A DNA stretch of 64,000 nucleotides from Alphaproteobacteria bacterium. Its GTDB lineage: Bacteria; Pseudomonadota; Alphaproteobacteria; Bin95. Position 1 is the first letter of the stretch; each line of letters opens with the position of its first letter. Position numbers and translations under genes: made by a program. The stretch lies in assembly GCA_965205265.1 (NCBI GenBank), contig CBDBGH010000003.1, positions 352,001 through 416,000 on the forward strand, in the 5' to 3' direction. The notes below the pieces were generated by a model. That model was given only the letters and a program-made list of their open reading frames with translations. It made no database searches and was not told the DNA's origin. Below are positions 1-8,862 of this stretch, one piece after another.

Positions 1-43
1 TGCCCATATTGGACAGCACGCCGATGAGATGGTCGTCGAGCAT
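1..43 (-). CDS. 5' end of probable second LivM-type ABC permease (runs off window)
   Basis: ATG at 43 reads MLDDHLIGVLSNMG, 4 nt downstream of the livH-like stop; only 14 codons visible. Confidence 0.5.
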   Translation of the reverse strand, partial: MLDDHLIGVLSNMG

Positions 44-47
44 GGCC

Positions 48-947
48 CTAGACCCTGCTTTCCGCCGCGCGCCGCGCCATGAGCGCCGCCTGCCCCATGA
101 GGCCGCCCGGGCGGAATGCGAGCACGGCGAAGAGCAGCATGTAGGCGATGAGGTCCCGCATTTCCACGCCGAGATACCAGAGCGCATTGGCCTCCACGAC
201 GCCGAGAAGGAGCCCGCCCAGCACCGCACCCGGTATCGAGCCCATGCCGCCCAGCATCATCGCGATGAGGCCCTTGAAGGTCGCCCAGAGCCCGAAGAGC
301 GGCGTGATCTGCTCGTCGCCCGCAGCGATCAGGAACCCGGCGAGCCCGCCGAGCGCCGATGCGCAGGCAAAGGCGAGCAGCGTTACCAGGCCGGTATTGA
401 CGCCTGCGACCCGCGCCGCTTCCGGGTTTTCGGAAACGGCGCGCACGGCGAGGCCGAAATGCGTGCGGTAGATAAGCCCCAGCAGGCAGAGGACGGCGAG
501 GGCGGCGATGGCGAGCATCGCCAGGCTGGAGGCCCGCAGGAAAAAGGGCCCGAACTCGACCACCGCGTCCGCGAGTATGCCGGGAAAGGCATAGGTCCGG
601 TCGGGGAAGAGGAGCGTCACGCCTTCCTCGATCTGCATCCAGATGACGAAGCTGGAGACCATGGAGGCCACCGCCATGTCCTTGCGGATGGCCCAGAAGC
701 AGAGTCGTTCGATATAGGCCCCGACGACGACGGCGCCGACCACGGTCGCAATCGCGATTTCGGCAAGCCCTGCATTGAATGCCGTATAGAGCGCAGTGCC
801 GGCGAATACGCCTGCCATGATCGACGGGCCGTAGGAAAGGTTCAGGCGCCGCAGGACCCCGAAGATCAGCGTGAAGCCGAGCGCGAGCAGGGCGTAGGCG
901 GATCCTGTGGCAATTCCGTCCAGACAGTTCTGGAGGAAATCGGCCAT
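48..947 (-). CDS. livH: Branched-chain amino acid ABC transporter permease (LivH-like, copy 2)
   Basis: GSAYALLALGFTLIFGVL and LGGMGSIPGAVLGG motifs; hydrophobic. Confidence 0.9.
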   Translation of the reverse strand: MADFLQNCLDGIATGSAYALLALGFTLIFGVLRRLNLSYGPSIMAGVFAGTALYTAFNAGLAEIAIATVVGAVVVGAYIERLCFWAIRKDMAVASMVSSFVIWMQIEEGVTLLFPDRTYAFPGILADAVVEFGPFFLRASSLAMLAIAALAVLCLLGLIYRTHFGLAVRAVSENPEAARVAGVNTGLVTLLAFACASALGGLAGFLIAAGDEQITPLFGLWATFKGLIAMMLGGMGSIPGAVLGGLLLGVVEANALWYLGVEMRDLIAYMLLFAVLAFRPGGLMGQAALMARRAAESRV

Positions 948-953
948 GGCGCC

Positions 954-1673
954 TCAGCCGCCGGCAGACCCGAGATAGGCCCGCTGTATGACCTCGTCCT
1001 CGGCCATGGCGCCGGGGTCGCCGTCGAAGGCCACCAGGCCCTGGTCGAGCAGGAAGAAATGGTGCGCGACCGTGAGCGCCATGTGGGCGTTCTGCTCAAC
1101 CAGCAGGATCGTGACGCCGTCCTCGTTAAGTTCCCGGATGATGTTGAAGACTTCCGCGACGATCAGGGGCGCCAGGCCGAGCGAGGGTTCGTCCATAAGC
1201 AGGCAGCGCGGCTTCGTCATGAGCGCGCGCGCGACGGCCAGCATCTGCTGCTCGCCTCCCGAGAGCGTGCCGGCATTGGCATTGACCCTCGCATTCAACA
1301 CCGGGAAGCGCTCCAGCATCCGGTCGAGATCGGCCATCGCCTCGCCGCGGTCGCGGGCAAGGCGGGTATAGGCGCCTGCAACCAGGTTTTCGCGCACGGT
1401 CATGTCCGGGAAGACGAGCCGGTTCTCCGGCACGAGCGCGAGCCCTTGCCGAACGACTGCCGTGGAGGAGGCGCCCGTGATGTCGCGGCCTTCGAAGGTC
1501 ACGCTGCCGCGCCTCGGGCGGAGCAGGCCCGCGATCGTCATCAGCAGCGTCGTCTTGCCGGCGCCGTTCGGGCCGAGGACGCAGGTGATGCGGCCTTCGG
1601 CTGCGGAGATGTCCACGCCCTTCAGCGCCTCGATCATCCCGTAATTCGTGACGAGCCCCCGGACCTCAAGCAT
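954..1673 (-). CDS. livF: ABC ATP-binding protein LivF-like
   Basis: GPNGAGKT, LSGGEQQ, LLMDEPSLGLAP, VEQN. Confidence 0.93.
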   Translation of the reverse strand: MLEVRGLVTNYGMIEALKGVDISAAEGRITCVLGPNGAGKTTLLMTIAGLLRPRRGSVTFEGRDITGASSTAVVRQGLALVPENRLVFPDMTVRENLVAGAYTRLARDRGEAMADLDRMLERFPVLNARVNANAGTLSGGEQQMLAVARALMTKPRCLLMDEPSLGLAPLIVAEVFNIIRELNEDGVTILLVEQNAHMALTVAHHFFLLDQGLVAFDGDPGAMAEDEVIQRAYLGSAGG

Positions 1674-2412
1674 CGGCCGTTCCCAGATAGGCCGTGCGCA
1701 CGGCCGGGTCGCTCCGGATTTCGGCCGGCGCGCCCTCGGCGATCTTCTGCCCGAAATTCAGGACGGCGATCCGGTCCGTCACGCCCATGACGAGCTCCAT
1801 GACATGCTCGACGAGCAGGATCGTCATGCCGTGCTCGCGCAGCGCCCGGATGCGGGTCGCGAGCTGGCCCACCTCTTCGGCGTTCATGCCCGCCGCCGGT
1901 TCGTCGAGCAGCAGCAGTTTCGGCCGGGCCGCGAGCGCCCGGGCCATCTCCAGGCGCCTTTGCTCGCCGAAGGCGAGATTGCGGGCGAGTTCGTCCGCGC
2001 GGTCGGCGAGGCCGGCAAATTTCAACAGCTCCCCGGCATGGTCCCGGCCGCGCCGCTGGCTGCCGAGCCAGCGCGCAAACCAGCTCGTTCCCCGTTCCTC
2101 GGCCGAGTTCTGCGCCACCCACAGGTTCTGCCAGACTGTCAGGTCGCCGAAGAGGCGGATGTTCTGGAATGTGCGGCCGATGCCGGCGGCGACGACCCGG
2201 TGCGACGGGGCGTCGGTGATGTCCTGCCCCTCGAAGACGACGGCGCCCGATGTCGTCGGGAATACGCCGCAGATCAGGTTCACGGTCGTGCTCTTGCCGG
2301 AGCCGTTCGGGCCGATCAGGCCGAAAATCTCGCCCCGGTCCACGGTCAGGCTGAGGTCGTCCACGGCCCGCACGCCGCCGAAATGCTTGGAGAGGCTGTG
2401 GAGTTCAAGCAT
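1666..2412 (-). CDS. livG: ABC ATP-binding protein LivG-like
   Basis: Start MLELHSLSKHFGG; GPNGSGKS, RTFQNIRLF, LLLDEPAAG, VEH. Confidence 0.93.
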   Translation of the reverse strand: MLELHSLSKHFGGVRAVDDLSLTVDRGEIFGLIGPNGSGKSTTVNLICGVFPTTSGAVVFEGQDITDAPSHRVVAAGIGRTFQNIRLFGDLTVWQNLWVAQNSAEERGTSWFARWLGSQRRGRDHAGELLKFAGLADRADELARNLAFGEQRRLEMARALAARPKLLLLDEPAAGMNAEEVGQLATRIRALREHGMTILLVEHVMELVMGVTDRIAVLNFGQKIAEGAPAEIRSDPAVRTAYLGTADA

Positions 2413-3304
2413 CGCGCGCGCCGAACAGCCGGCGGAGCGTGCGCATGGCGCGGGCATCGAACAGCCCGTCGGGCCGGACATTCATGGCCAGCACGATGAG
2501 CGCTCCGAACAGGAGGTTCCGCCAGTCGCCCATGAAGCGCAGCACCTCCACCAGGAAGCCCTGGATGAAGATCACCGCGATCAGCACCCCGATCACGGAG
2601 GAAAGCCCGCCGAGAATGGGGTAGGCGATGGCGAAGGTGGCGAGCACAACGCCGAAATTGAGATGTTCGATATGGGTCGTGTAATGGGCGTAGATCGCCC
2701 CGCCAAGCCCCGCAATGAACCCGCCTATGGTCATGGCGGACACCTTGACGGCGGTGAGGTTGATGCCGACGGACTGGGCCGCCAGCTCGTCCTCGCCGAC
2801 CGCGCGCAGCACGGAGCCGACGCGGCTCCTGTCCAGCCACCAGAGCGCGGCCATGGCGGCGATGACCCAGGCCCAGATGAAGAGCGCCACATCGGCGGTG
2901 GACCAGCCGTTCTCCGGGAAATACCGGATCTGCTTGAAGCCTTCGCCGCCGAGCGGGCCGACCTGGATATTGCCCTTGGCGATCTGGTAGTCGAAGTTGA
3001 ACCAGAAGATGCGCACCGCCTCGCCGAAGGCGAGCGTGGCGACGACCAGCATCAGGCCCTTCACGCGCAGCGCCGGGAAGCCGACCGCGGTGGCCACGAA
3101 GGCCGAAGCGACGGCGGCGAGCAACATGGCGGGGACGATGTGCCAGCCGGCCAGCACGGTCAGCATGCCGGCCAGATAGGCGCCGATGGCGAAGAACCCG
3201 GCCTGGGCCATCGAGACCTGGCCGGTCAGCAGCACGACATAGGCCGACAGGCCGAGCAGCGTGTGAACGCCGATCAGCTGCGCCATGCCGTAATAGAAAT
3301 CCAC
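2405..3304 (-). CDS. livM: ABC permease LivM-like
   Basis: GQVSMAQAGFFAIGAY and LRVKGLMLVVATLAFGE motifs. Confidence 0.9.
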   Translation of the reverse strand: MDFYYGMAQLIGVHTLLGLSAYVVLLTGQVSMAQAGFFAIGAYLAGMLTVLAGWHIVPAMLLAAVASAFVATAVGFPALRVKGLMLVVATLAFGEAVRIFWFNFDYQIAKGNIQVGPLGGEGFKQIRYFPENGWSTADVALFIWAWVIAAMAALWWLDRSRVGSVLRAVGEDELAAQSVGINLTAVKVSAMTIGGFIAGLGGAIYAHYTTHIEHLNFGVVLATFAIAYPILGGLSSVIGVLIAVIFIQGFLVEVLRFMGDWRNLLFGALIVLAMNVRPDGLFDARAMRTLRRLFGARDA

Positions 3305-3310
3305 GGGGCC

Positions 3311-4207
3311 TCAGTCCCTTGTGGAGATGCGGCCGAACAATCCCTGCGGCCGGAAGGTCAGGAAGACGAACAGCAGAAGCATGACATAGATGTCGCGCTC
3401 GGTGACGCCGCGGAAATACTGGAAGACGTTCTCGAACCCGCCCACCAGCAGGCCGGCGACGATGGCGCCGGGGATCGAGCCGAGGCCGCCGATGACGGTG
3501 ACGATGAGCCCCTTGACCGTGAGCGGCAGGGCGAGCAGCGGCGAGAGAATGCCGACCGAGGCGCCCACCATGGCTCCGGCAAGCCCGCCGAGCGCGCCCG
3601 TGATGACGAATGTCGCCGCATTGGTGCGCTGTTGGCCGATGCCGCAGAGCTGCGCCGCCGCGGGCTGCTGGGCGACGGCGCGCGTCGCGATCCCGAGCCG
3701 TGTCCGGTAGAGGACGTAAAGCAGGATCAGCATGGCGATGACGCTGAGCGCGAAGATCGTCAGCAGGTCGCCCCGCACCCAGAACGGTTCGAGGTCGATC
3801 ATCACGTCGTCGAACATCGCCGGATAGGGTTCGGGCATGCCCGCCGTCGCATGCACGACGACTTCGTCGATGAGGATCAGCATGCCCACCGACGCCATCA
3901 GCGTGGCGAGCGGCAGGTGCTCCGGGATGAAGCGGAAGCAGCAGATATAGACGGCATAGCCGATAAAGCCGGAGGCGATGGCGGCGCACAGGAACACGAC
4001 CAGCGCCGGCGCCGACAGCAGCTGGAACGCGGCCAGGCTGGCATAGGCGCCGCCGATGGAGGCGGCGGCATAGGCCAGGTTGATCTTGTGCATCACGCCG
4101 AAGATCAGCGTGAAGCCGATCCCGATCAGCGCATAGATCGACCCGAACATCACCCCGTCCAGCACCGACTGGACGGAGTCGATCACCTGCCACCAGAAAT
4201 CCGACAT
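3311..4207 (-). CDS. livH: ABC permease LivH-like (copy 1)
   Basis: GSIYALIGIGFTLIFGV and IGGLGSIPGA motifs. Confidence 0.9.
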   Translation of the reverse strand: MSDFWWQVIDSVQSVLDGVMFGSIYALIGIGFTLIFGVMHKINLAYAAASIGGAYASLAAFQLLSAPALVVFLCAAIASGFIGYAVYICCFRFIPEHLPLATLMASVGMLILIDEVVVHATAGMPEPYPAMFDDVMIDLEPFWVRGDLLTIFALSVIAMLILLYVLYRTRLGIATRAVAQQPAAAQLCGIGQQRTNAATFVITGALGGLAGAMVGASVGILSPLLALPLTVKGLIVTVIGGLGSIPGAIVAGLLVGGFENVFQYFRGVTERDIYVMLLLFVFLTFRPQGLFGRISTRD

Positions 4208-4271
4208 GAGGACCGCCTTTCGGCGTCAGGACCTTGCGGGCCGCCGGGAGAGGCGGCCCGCAGCCCGGTGC

Positions 4272-5465
4272 TCAGGCGTTCGGGTCGTGAAGCACGGCCC
4301 AGCTGCCGTCATCGGCGTGGACATAGACATAGGGCTTGACGGCCTCGCCCTCGTCGGTCCGCTGGATCTCTCCGAGCAGTCCCCTGGTCGTCTTGAGGTT
4401 GGCCAGCCCGTCCCGGATCGCCCGGCGGTCGGCGGCGACCGAGTCCGCGGTCGCCTGGATGCCGACCTGTTCGATGACGTCCTTGAGGATCATCATGATC
4501 TCCCAGGCGGCGGCCGAATGCAGGTCGGCGGAGCCGCCCAGTTCCGCAGCGGCGTCGGCTGCGGCCACCGCGTCCGGGTTTACCGGCGCGAAAGAGGTCG
4601 GGATGATGATGCCCTCGGCCTGCTTGGCGCAGCCGTTCAGGGTCTCCAGAGAGGAGGACGAGGTCAGGCCGACCAGCACTTTGTATTTCACGCGCTGGCG
4701 GGCCATTTCCTTCAGCACGCCGCAGGTGGTGAAGGGATGGGCCGAGATGGCGATGATGTCGGCGCCGGCGCGCTTCATCTCGCGCACCTGGGTCGTGAAG
4801 TTGGTGTCGTTCAACAGCCACTTCGACTCGCCCTTGACCTCATAGCCAGCGTCGGCCGAGCGCGTCTTCATCACCTTGTACCAGGTGAAGCGCGAATGGG
4901 CGAAGTCCTCCTCGACGCCGCCATAGACCGACTTGGCGTCCGGATGCTGCGAGGCGAGCCACTCGAACAGGCTCTTGTACATCTGGCTCTCGTTCGGCAC
5001 GTTGCGGAACGCCCATTCCGAAATCTTGGCCAGCCCGCCCTTGATCGCGGTGTCGGTGAAGATCGGGAATTGCAGCCCGCTGTCGCCTTCGTCGCCCGCT
5101 TTCGCCTGGAGGATGCCGAAGAGCGGCTCGGCGACGTTCGAGCAGGTCGGGCCGACGCCGACCACGGCATCGCCGGAGGCCAGCCGGCGCACGACCGAAA
5201 TGCCTTCCTCGGCATTGCAGCGGTCGTCGTCGAACGTGACTTCGATGGGGGCCATCGTGCCGTCGGCGAGCTTGACCCCGCCCGCTTCGTTGATCGCCTT
5301 GGCTGCGGCGCGCAGCACAGCGTCCGTGTTGATGCCGAACGAGCGGACGACGCCGGACATGGCCCCGAAACCGGCGATCTTGACCGTCCGGTCGGCGGCG
5401 TCGGCGGCGGTGCCGAACGACATCGCGACGCCCAAGGCTGCAGCGATCGTCAACAGTCTTTTCAT
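4272..5465 (-). CDS. ABC substrate-binding protein (LivJ/K family)
   Basis: GGAGG RBS, signal peptide MKRLLTIAAALG, DDRCNAEEG motif; first gene of operon. Confidence 0.88.
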   Translation of the reverse strand: MKRLLTIAAALGVAMSFGTAADAADRTVKIAGFGAMSGVVRSFGINTDAVLRAAAKAINEAGGVKLADGTMAPIEVTFDDDRCNAEEGISVVRRLASGDAVVGVGPTCSNVAEPLFGILQAKAGDEGDSGLQFPIFTDTAIKGGLAKISEWAFRNVPNESQMYKSLFEWLASQHPDAKSVYGGVEEDFAHSRFTWYKVMKTRSADAGYEVKGESKWLLNDTNFTTQVREMKRAGADIIAISAHPFTTCGVLKEMARQRVKYKVLVGLTSSSSLETLNGCAKQAEGIIIPTSFAPVNPDAVAAADAAAELGGSADLHSAAAWEIMMILKDVIEQVGIQATADSVAADRRAIRDGLANLKTTRGLLGEIQRTDEGEAVKPYVYVHADDGSWAVLHDPNA

Positions 5466-5673
5466 GGTTCTACCTCCCGTTGAAGCCCCGGCGGCGCGAA
5501 TGCCGCCAAATGACGGCGCGCTCCATCGGCGCATGCCCGAGGCAGTGTAGGTTGCGACAATTTGGCGGTCAATCCGGCGTTTTCGCTCCGACGAACCGTT
5601 CGAACCGTTGCATTGGCGGCCACGCTGCCGCGGCCGCCGCCCGGTGCTTTTTCGCTTGAGTTTGTTCTCATTT

Positions 5674-5688
5674 GTTCTATATAAGTTC
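5674..5688 (+). promoter_or_regulatory. Alphaproteobacterial LexA (SOS) box GTTC-N7-GTTC
   Basis: GTTC-TATATAA-GTTC in AT-rich intergenic DNA, with an extra GTTC at 5664. Confidence 0.55.
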
Positions 5689-5827
5689 CAAAACGGGAAG
5701 AACGGGGCCGCAGCCATGACCTGACGGATGGCGGGCGGGGGCCGCATGGAGCGCGCGAAAGAGCGCGCGAGGCCCCCGTTCTGCAGACGACGAGGAGCCG
5801 GAATGCCGGCGGCCGGAAGGCCGGGCG

Positions 5828-6172
5828 GTGGCGGCAGTGGTGCGTGGCGGCATGAGCGCCGCCGCCGCGGCCCGGCAGTTCGGGCTGGGGGCGTCCAGCA
5901 TCCGCCGCTGGGTACGGCAGTTCCGCGAGCGGGGGCATGCGCGGCCCGGCAAACAGGGCGGCCGCCGGCCGTCGCTGATCGAGCCGGAGCGGGAGCGCAT
6001 TTTCCGCATCCTGGCGGCCCGGCCGGCGCTTACCGTGCGGGGATTGCGGGATGCGCTGGCCGCCGAAGGGGCGTCGTTCGGCACGAGCACGGTGCAGGGC
6101 TTCCTGAAACGCCACAGCCTGGAGTGCAACCGCCGCCTCCCCCGCAGGCGGAGGCGGGCCAAGAAGGCGTAA
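5828..6172 (+). pseudogene. IS630-family transposase N-terminal HTH only (no DDE domain)
   Basis: MSAAAAARQFGLGASSIRRW...TVRGLRDAL...STVQGFLKRH; no downstream catalytic ORF. Confidence 0.7.
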
Positions 6173-6239
6173 TGCCAACGGCCGTCGCTCGGAACCTGTG
6201 CGATGGCAGCTGCGAAACCGGGCCGGAACCCGCTTGAGT

Positions 6240-7013
6240 TTATCCCTCAGTTCTGCGCATCGAGTCCCTTATGCTGCGGGATAAACATGCCGGGCACTGA
6301 CACGGCTCCCAAGCCGGCTTGAAGTGGAACAAGCCATGGATGACTCCACCCTCGGAATCGAAGCGGTGGGCTATCCGGTCGAAGTATCGAGCATCCGTTT
6401 GTTCGTACCGTCTCCAAACGGCCCAGGCGAGGAGGTCTGCAATCTGGATCAACCGGGATGCGGCCGAGTCCACGAACAGCGGCACTTCGGCGAGATTGCG
6501 CAGATTGCCCCATCGGGTGCCATGCTCGCGGAAACGTCTGGTCAGCCCCTGCAATGTGTCCTCGTAGTGCGATTTGTCCATTACAACCAGGCCGCGGGGT
6601 TGGCTGCCTTCCCGGTTATGCAGGCGCGTCAAGTAGAGATTGAAGCGATTGCATATCTCTTCAAACGCCCGCTCGACGGGATCGTCCGGGGAGACCGCCT
6701 GTTTATCCACGGCCACAGCAAACGCTCGAACACTCCAATGCGCGTTCTTTAAGAGGTCGAGACCTCCTTCGATGAACTCCAGACGTTTCCGGCGGACCGA
6801 ACCTTTCCAGGGCGCTTTGCGTCCGGCCGCCATCACGCTTGCGTGAAGCTCCACATCCTGGCTCGACCCCACGCCCAGCGATGCGGCGTATCGGTCAGCC
6901 TCGGAAATCAAATGATAGATTTGCCGCTCGAACACTGAGATACCCGCAAGAATAAAATAGCGTTCGTTGGGATTCTGGACCGAGCCTGAACCGTCCAAAT
7001 AGAGCAGATACAT
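6240..7013 (-). CDS. DUF3800 family protein (RNase H-like fold) with C-terminal CxCxxC
   Basis: YLLYLDGSG, ELHAS, IQIADLLAW motifs; ends CQCPAC. Confidence 0.85.
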   Translation of the reverse strand: MYLLYLDGSGSVQNPNERYFILAGISVFERQIYHLISEADRYAASLGVGSSQDVELHASVMAAGRKAPWKGSVRRKRLEFIEGGLDLLKNAHWSVRAFAVAVDKQAVSPDDPVERAFEEICNRFNLYLTRLHNREGSQPRGLVVMDKSHYEDTLQGLTRRFREHGTRWGNLRNLAEVPLFVDSAASRLIQIADLLAWAVWRRYEQTDARYFDRIAHRFDSEGGVIHGLFHFKPAWEPCQCPACLSRSIRDSMRRTEG

Positions 7014-7033
7014 GGAAATCGGGCGCTCTTGCG

Positions 7034-7099
7034 AAAAATAACGGCCGGGGGGAGCAGCACGCCCCCGCAGACCGTGAGAACCACAGCCTTCCCAACCGT
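7034..7099 (-). ncRNA. Candidate ~66-nt three-way-junction small RNA upstream of DUF3800
   Basis: P1 ACGGUUGGG/CCCGGCCGU, P2 GCUGUG/CACGGU, P3 GGGGGC/GCUCCC, then UAUUUUU. Confidence 0.65.
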
Positions 7100-7105
7100 G
7101 TCCGC

Positions 7106-7134
7106 AATATCGGAGCGCGCTCCGGGCAAGTCAA
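7106..7134 (-). promoter_or_regulatory. Sigma70-type promoter for sRNA/DUF3800
   Basis: TTGACT-17 nt-GATATT on minus strand; predicted +1 coincides with 5' end of P1. Confidence 0.6.
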
Positions 7135-7266
7135 GCAACCGAACACGATAATCGCGTTGCCGGCCGGCCTGCTCTCGAAGCCGTCTCGGCCACGCTCGAA
7201 GGAAAGACCGAACAACAAAAACCCCCATCCAAAAGGCTCGCTCGCCTTCGCCGCATGGCCGCCGCG

Positions 7267-8760
7267 CTAATGCGTGCAGCGGGCGTGGCGCTCGATGTGG
7301 TAGTCCTCGCGGGCGAGCGCGAGGGCGAAGCGCCTGACGGGGCCTTCAAGGCGCTCGGCCGCGGCGCGCGCGCCGGCATTGGCCGCGGCGAGGCGTTCGG
7401 CTGCGGCTTCCGCATCGCGGGCCAGTTTCGCCTCGTCCACCGTGACCATGCGCCGGCCTTCGAGCACCATGCGCCCGCCGATCATGACCGCCTCGACGCC
7501 CGTGCCGTCCTCGCCGTGGACGATCTGGTTCACCGGGTCGTTGAGCGGGACATAATTGATCTGGCCGAGGTCGAGGAAGACGATATCCGCCCTGGCTCCG
7601 GGCTCTATGGCGCCGATCTCGCCGCCGAAGCCGAGCACGCCGGCGCTGCCCTTCGTGGCGAGCGTCAGCACCTCGTCGGTAGACAGCCAGCGCTCCGGGT
7701 CCAGCTCCTGCACGCGCGAGACCATGGACGCGACGCGCATCGCCTCGAACATGTTGAGATTGTCCGAGCAGGTGCAGGCATCGGTGCCGATCCCGACCCG
7801 CACGCCCGCATCCAGCAGCGCCCGCGCCGCCGCAAGGCCGCTGCCGAGGCGCGCATTGGAGCCGGGATTGTGCGCGACCGCGCCGCCGGCATCGGCGATG
7901 CGGCGCATGTCGTCGCCGTCCAGCCACACGGCATGCGCGGCGGTGAAGTCCGGACCGAGGACGCCGATCCGGTCGAGATACGCGGTCTGCGTCATGCCGT
8001 AGAGGCGCACCCCTGCATGGGCCTGCACCTTCGATTCGCCGAGATGGGTGTGGAAGCCGACGCCGTGCTCCGCCGCCGCTTCCTTCGCCGCCTTCAGGAA
8101 CGCCTCGCTGCAATGGTGGGGGATCGTCGGCGCGAGCGCCAGCCGCACCCGGTCGCGGGAGAAGGGCCAGGAGCGCAGCGCGCGATTCCACGCCGCCAGG
8201 CTCGCTTCGAACGGCTCGACCGCCACCGCCTCCGCGTCGCGCCTCTCCGCGTCCGGCAGTGCGTCGAGCAGGCCGGGCACGGCCTGGTAGAAGGTGCGGT
8301 CCGCCATCATCGGGGCGACCACGGCGCGCATGCCGGCGTCGGCGTAAGCACGCCCTATGGCCTCCAGCCCCTCCGGCGTCGGCGCGGGAAACTCGAAATT
8401 GAGGTCGTAGGCGGCGGTGCAGCCCTTGCGCACCATCTCCACCGCGCCGATCAGGGTGGAGAGGTATTTGTCCTCCAGCGTCCGGCTGCCCGTGATCCAG
8501 GGCGCCGCATTCAGCAGCAGCTCCAGGTTCCAGCGGTCGCCGAAGCTCCTGGCGAGGTTGTTGTGGCCGTGGGTGTGGGAGTTCACGAGGCCCGGCATCA
8601 TCAGCCGGCCGGTTGCGTCGCGAAGCGCGGCGCCCTCGGGAGCCGCCATGCCGGGCGGCCCGATGGTGTGGATCGCATCGCCTTCGATGAGGATATCGGC
8701 AGGCTCCGCCGCATGGCGTTCGATGTCGAGCAGCCGCCCGCCGCGAATGATCGTGTGCAT
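7267..8760 (-). CDS. Amidohydrolase family metal-dependent deaminase (AtzA/MtaD-like)
   Basis: PGLVNSHTH, HTHLGES, AHAVW, HNPGSN, GIGTD motifs. Confidence 0.9.
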   Translation of the reverse strand: MHTIIRGGRLLDIERHAAEPADILIEGDAIHTIGPPGMAAPEGAALRDATGRLMMPGLVNSHTHGHNNLARSFGDRWNLELLLNAAPWITGSRTLEDKYLSTLIGAVEMVRKGCTAAYDLNFEFPAPTPEGLEAIGRAYADAGMRAVVAPMMADRTFYQAVPGLLDALPDAERRDAEAVAVEPFEASLAAWNRALRSWPFSRDRVRLALAPTIPHHCSEAFLKAAKEAAAEHGVGFHTHLGESKVQAHAGVRLYGMTQTAYLDRIGVLGPDFTAAHAVWLDGDDMRRIADAGGAVAHNPGSNARLGSGLAAARALLDAGVRVGIGTDACTCSDNLNMFEAMRVASMVSRVQELDPERWLSTDEVLTLATKGSAGVLGFGGEIGAIEPGARADIVFLDLGQINYVPLNDPVNQIVHGEDGTGVEAVMIGGRMVLEGRRMVTVDEAKLARDAEAAAERLAAANAGARAAAERLEGPVRRFALALAREDYHIERHARCTH

Positions 8761-8862
8761 GGGTTCCGGCCTCCTCGCGCCGCATCCGCCCTCGAAGGGC
8801 TGTCGGCGACATGGTTATATGATCCGGCCGCCCCGGATAAGGGCAAGGACGGGAGCCCCGCA

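Noticed and set aside
9-5483. Long plus-strand ORFs (9..1790, 1694..4339, 4206..5483) and similar ones elsewhere (15942..18557, 37709..40072, 56917..59517)
   Set aside because: Antisense shadows of real genes caused by high-GC codon bias; no recognisable motifs
5592-5609. Tandem CGAACCGTT repeat upstream of the ABC operon
   Set aside because: Only two copies and the spacing does not fit a LexA box; at most an ordinary operator
7255-8862. 896-aa ORF suggesting a large fusion with the DMFase
   Set aside because: The N-terminal 536 codons are antisense to the amidohydrolase; the real start is ATG 8863 with an RBS
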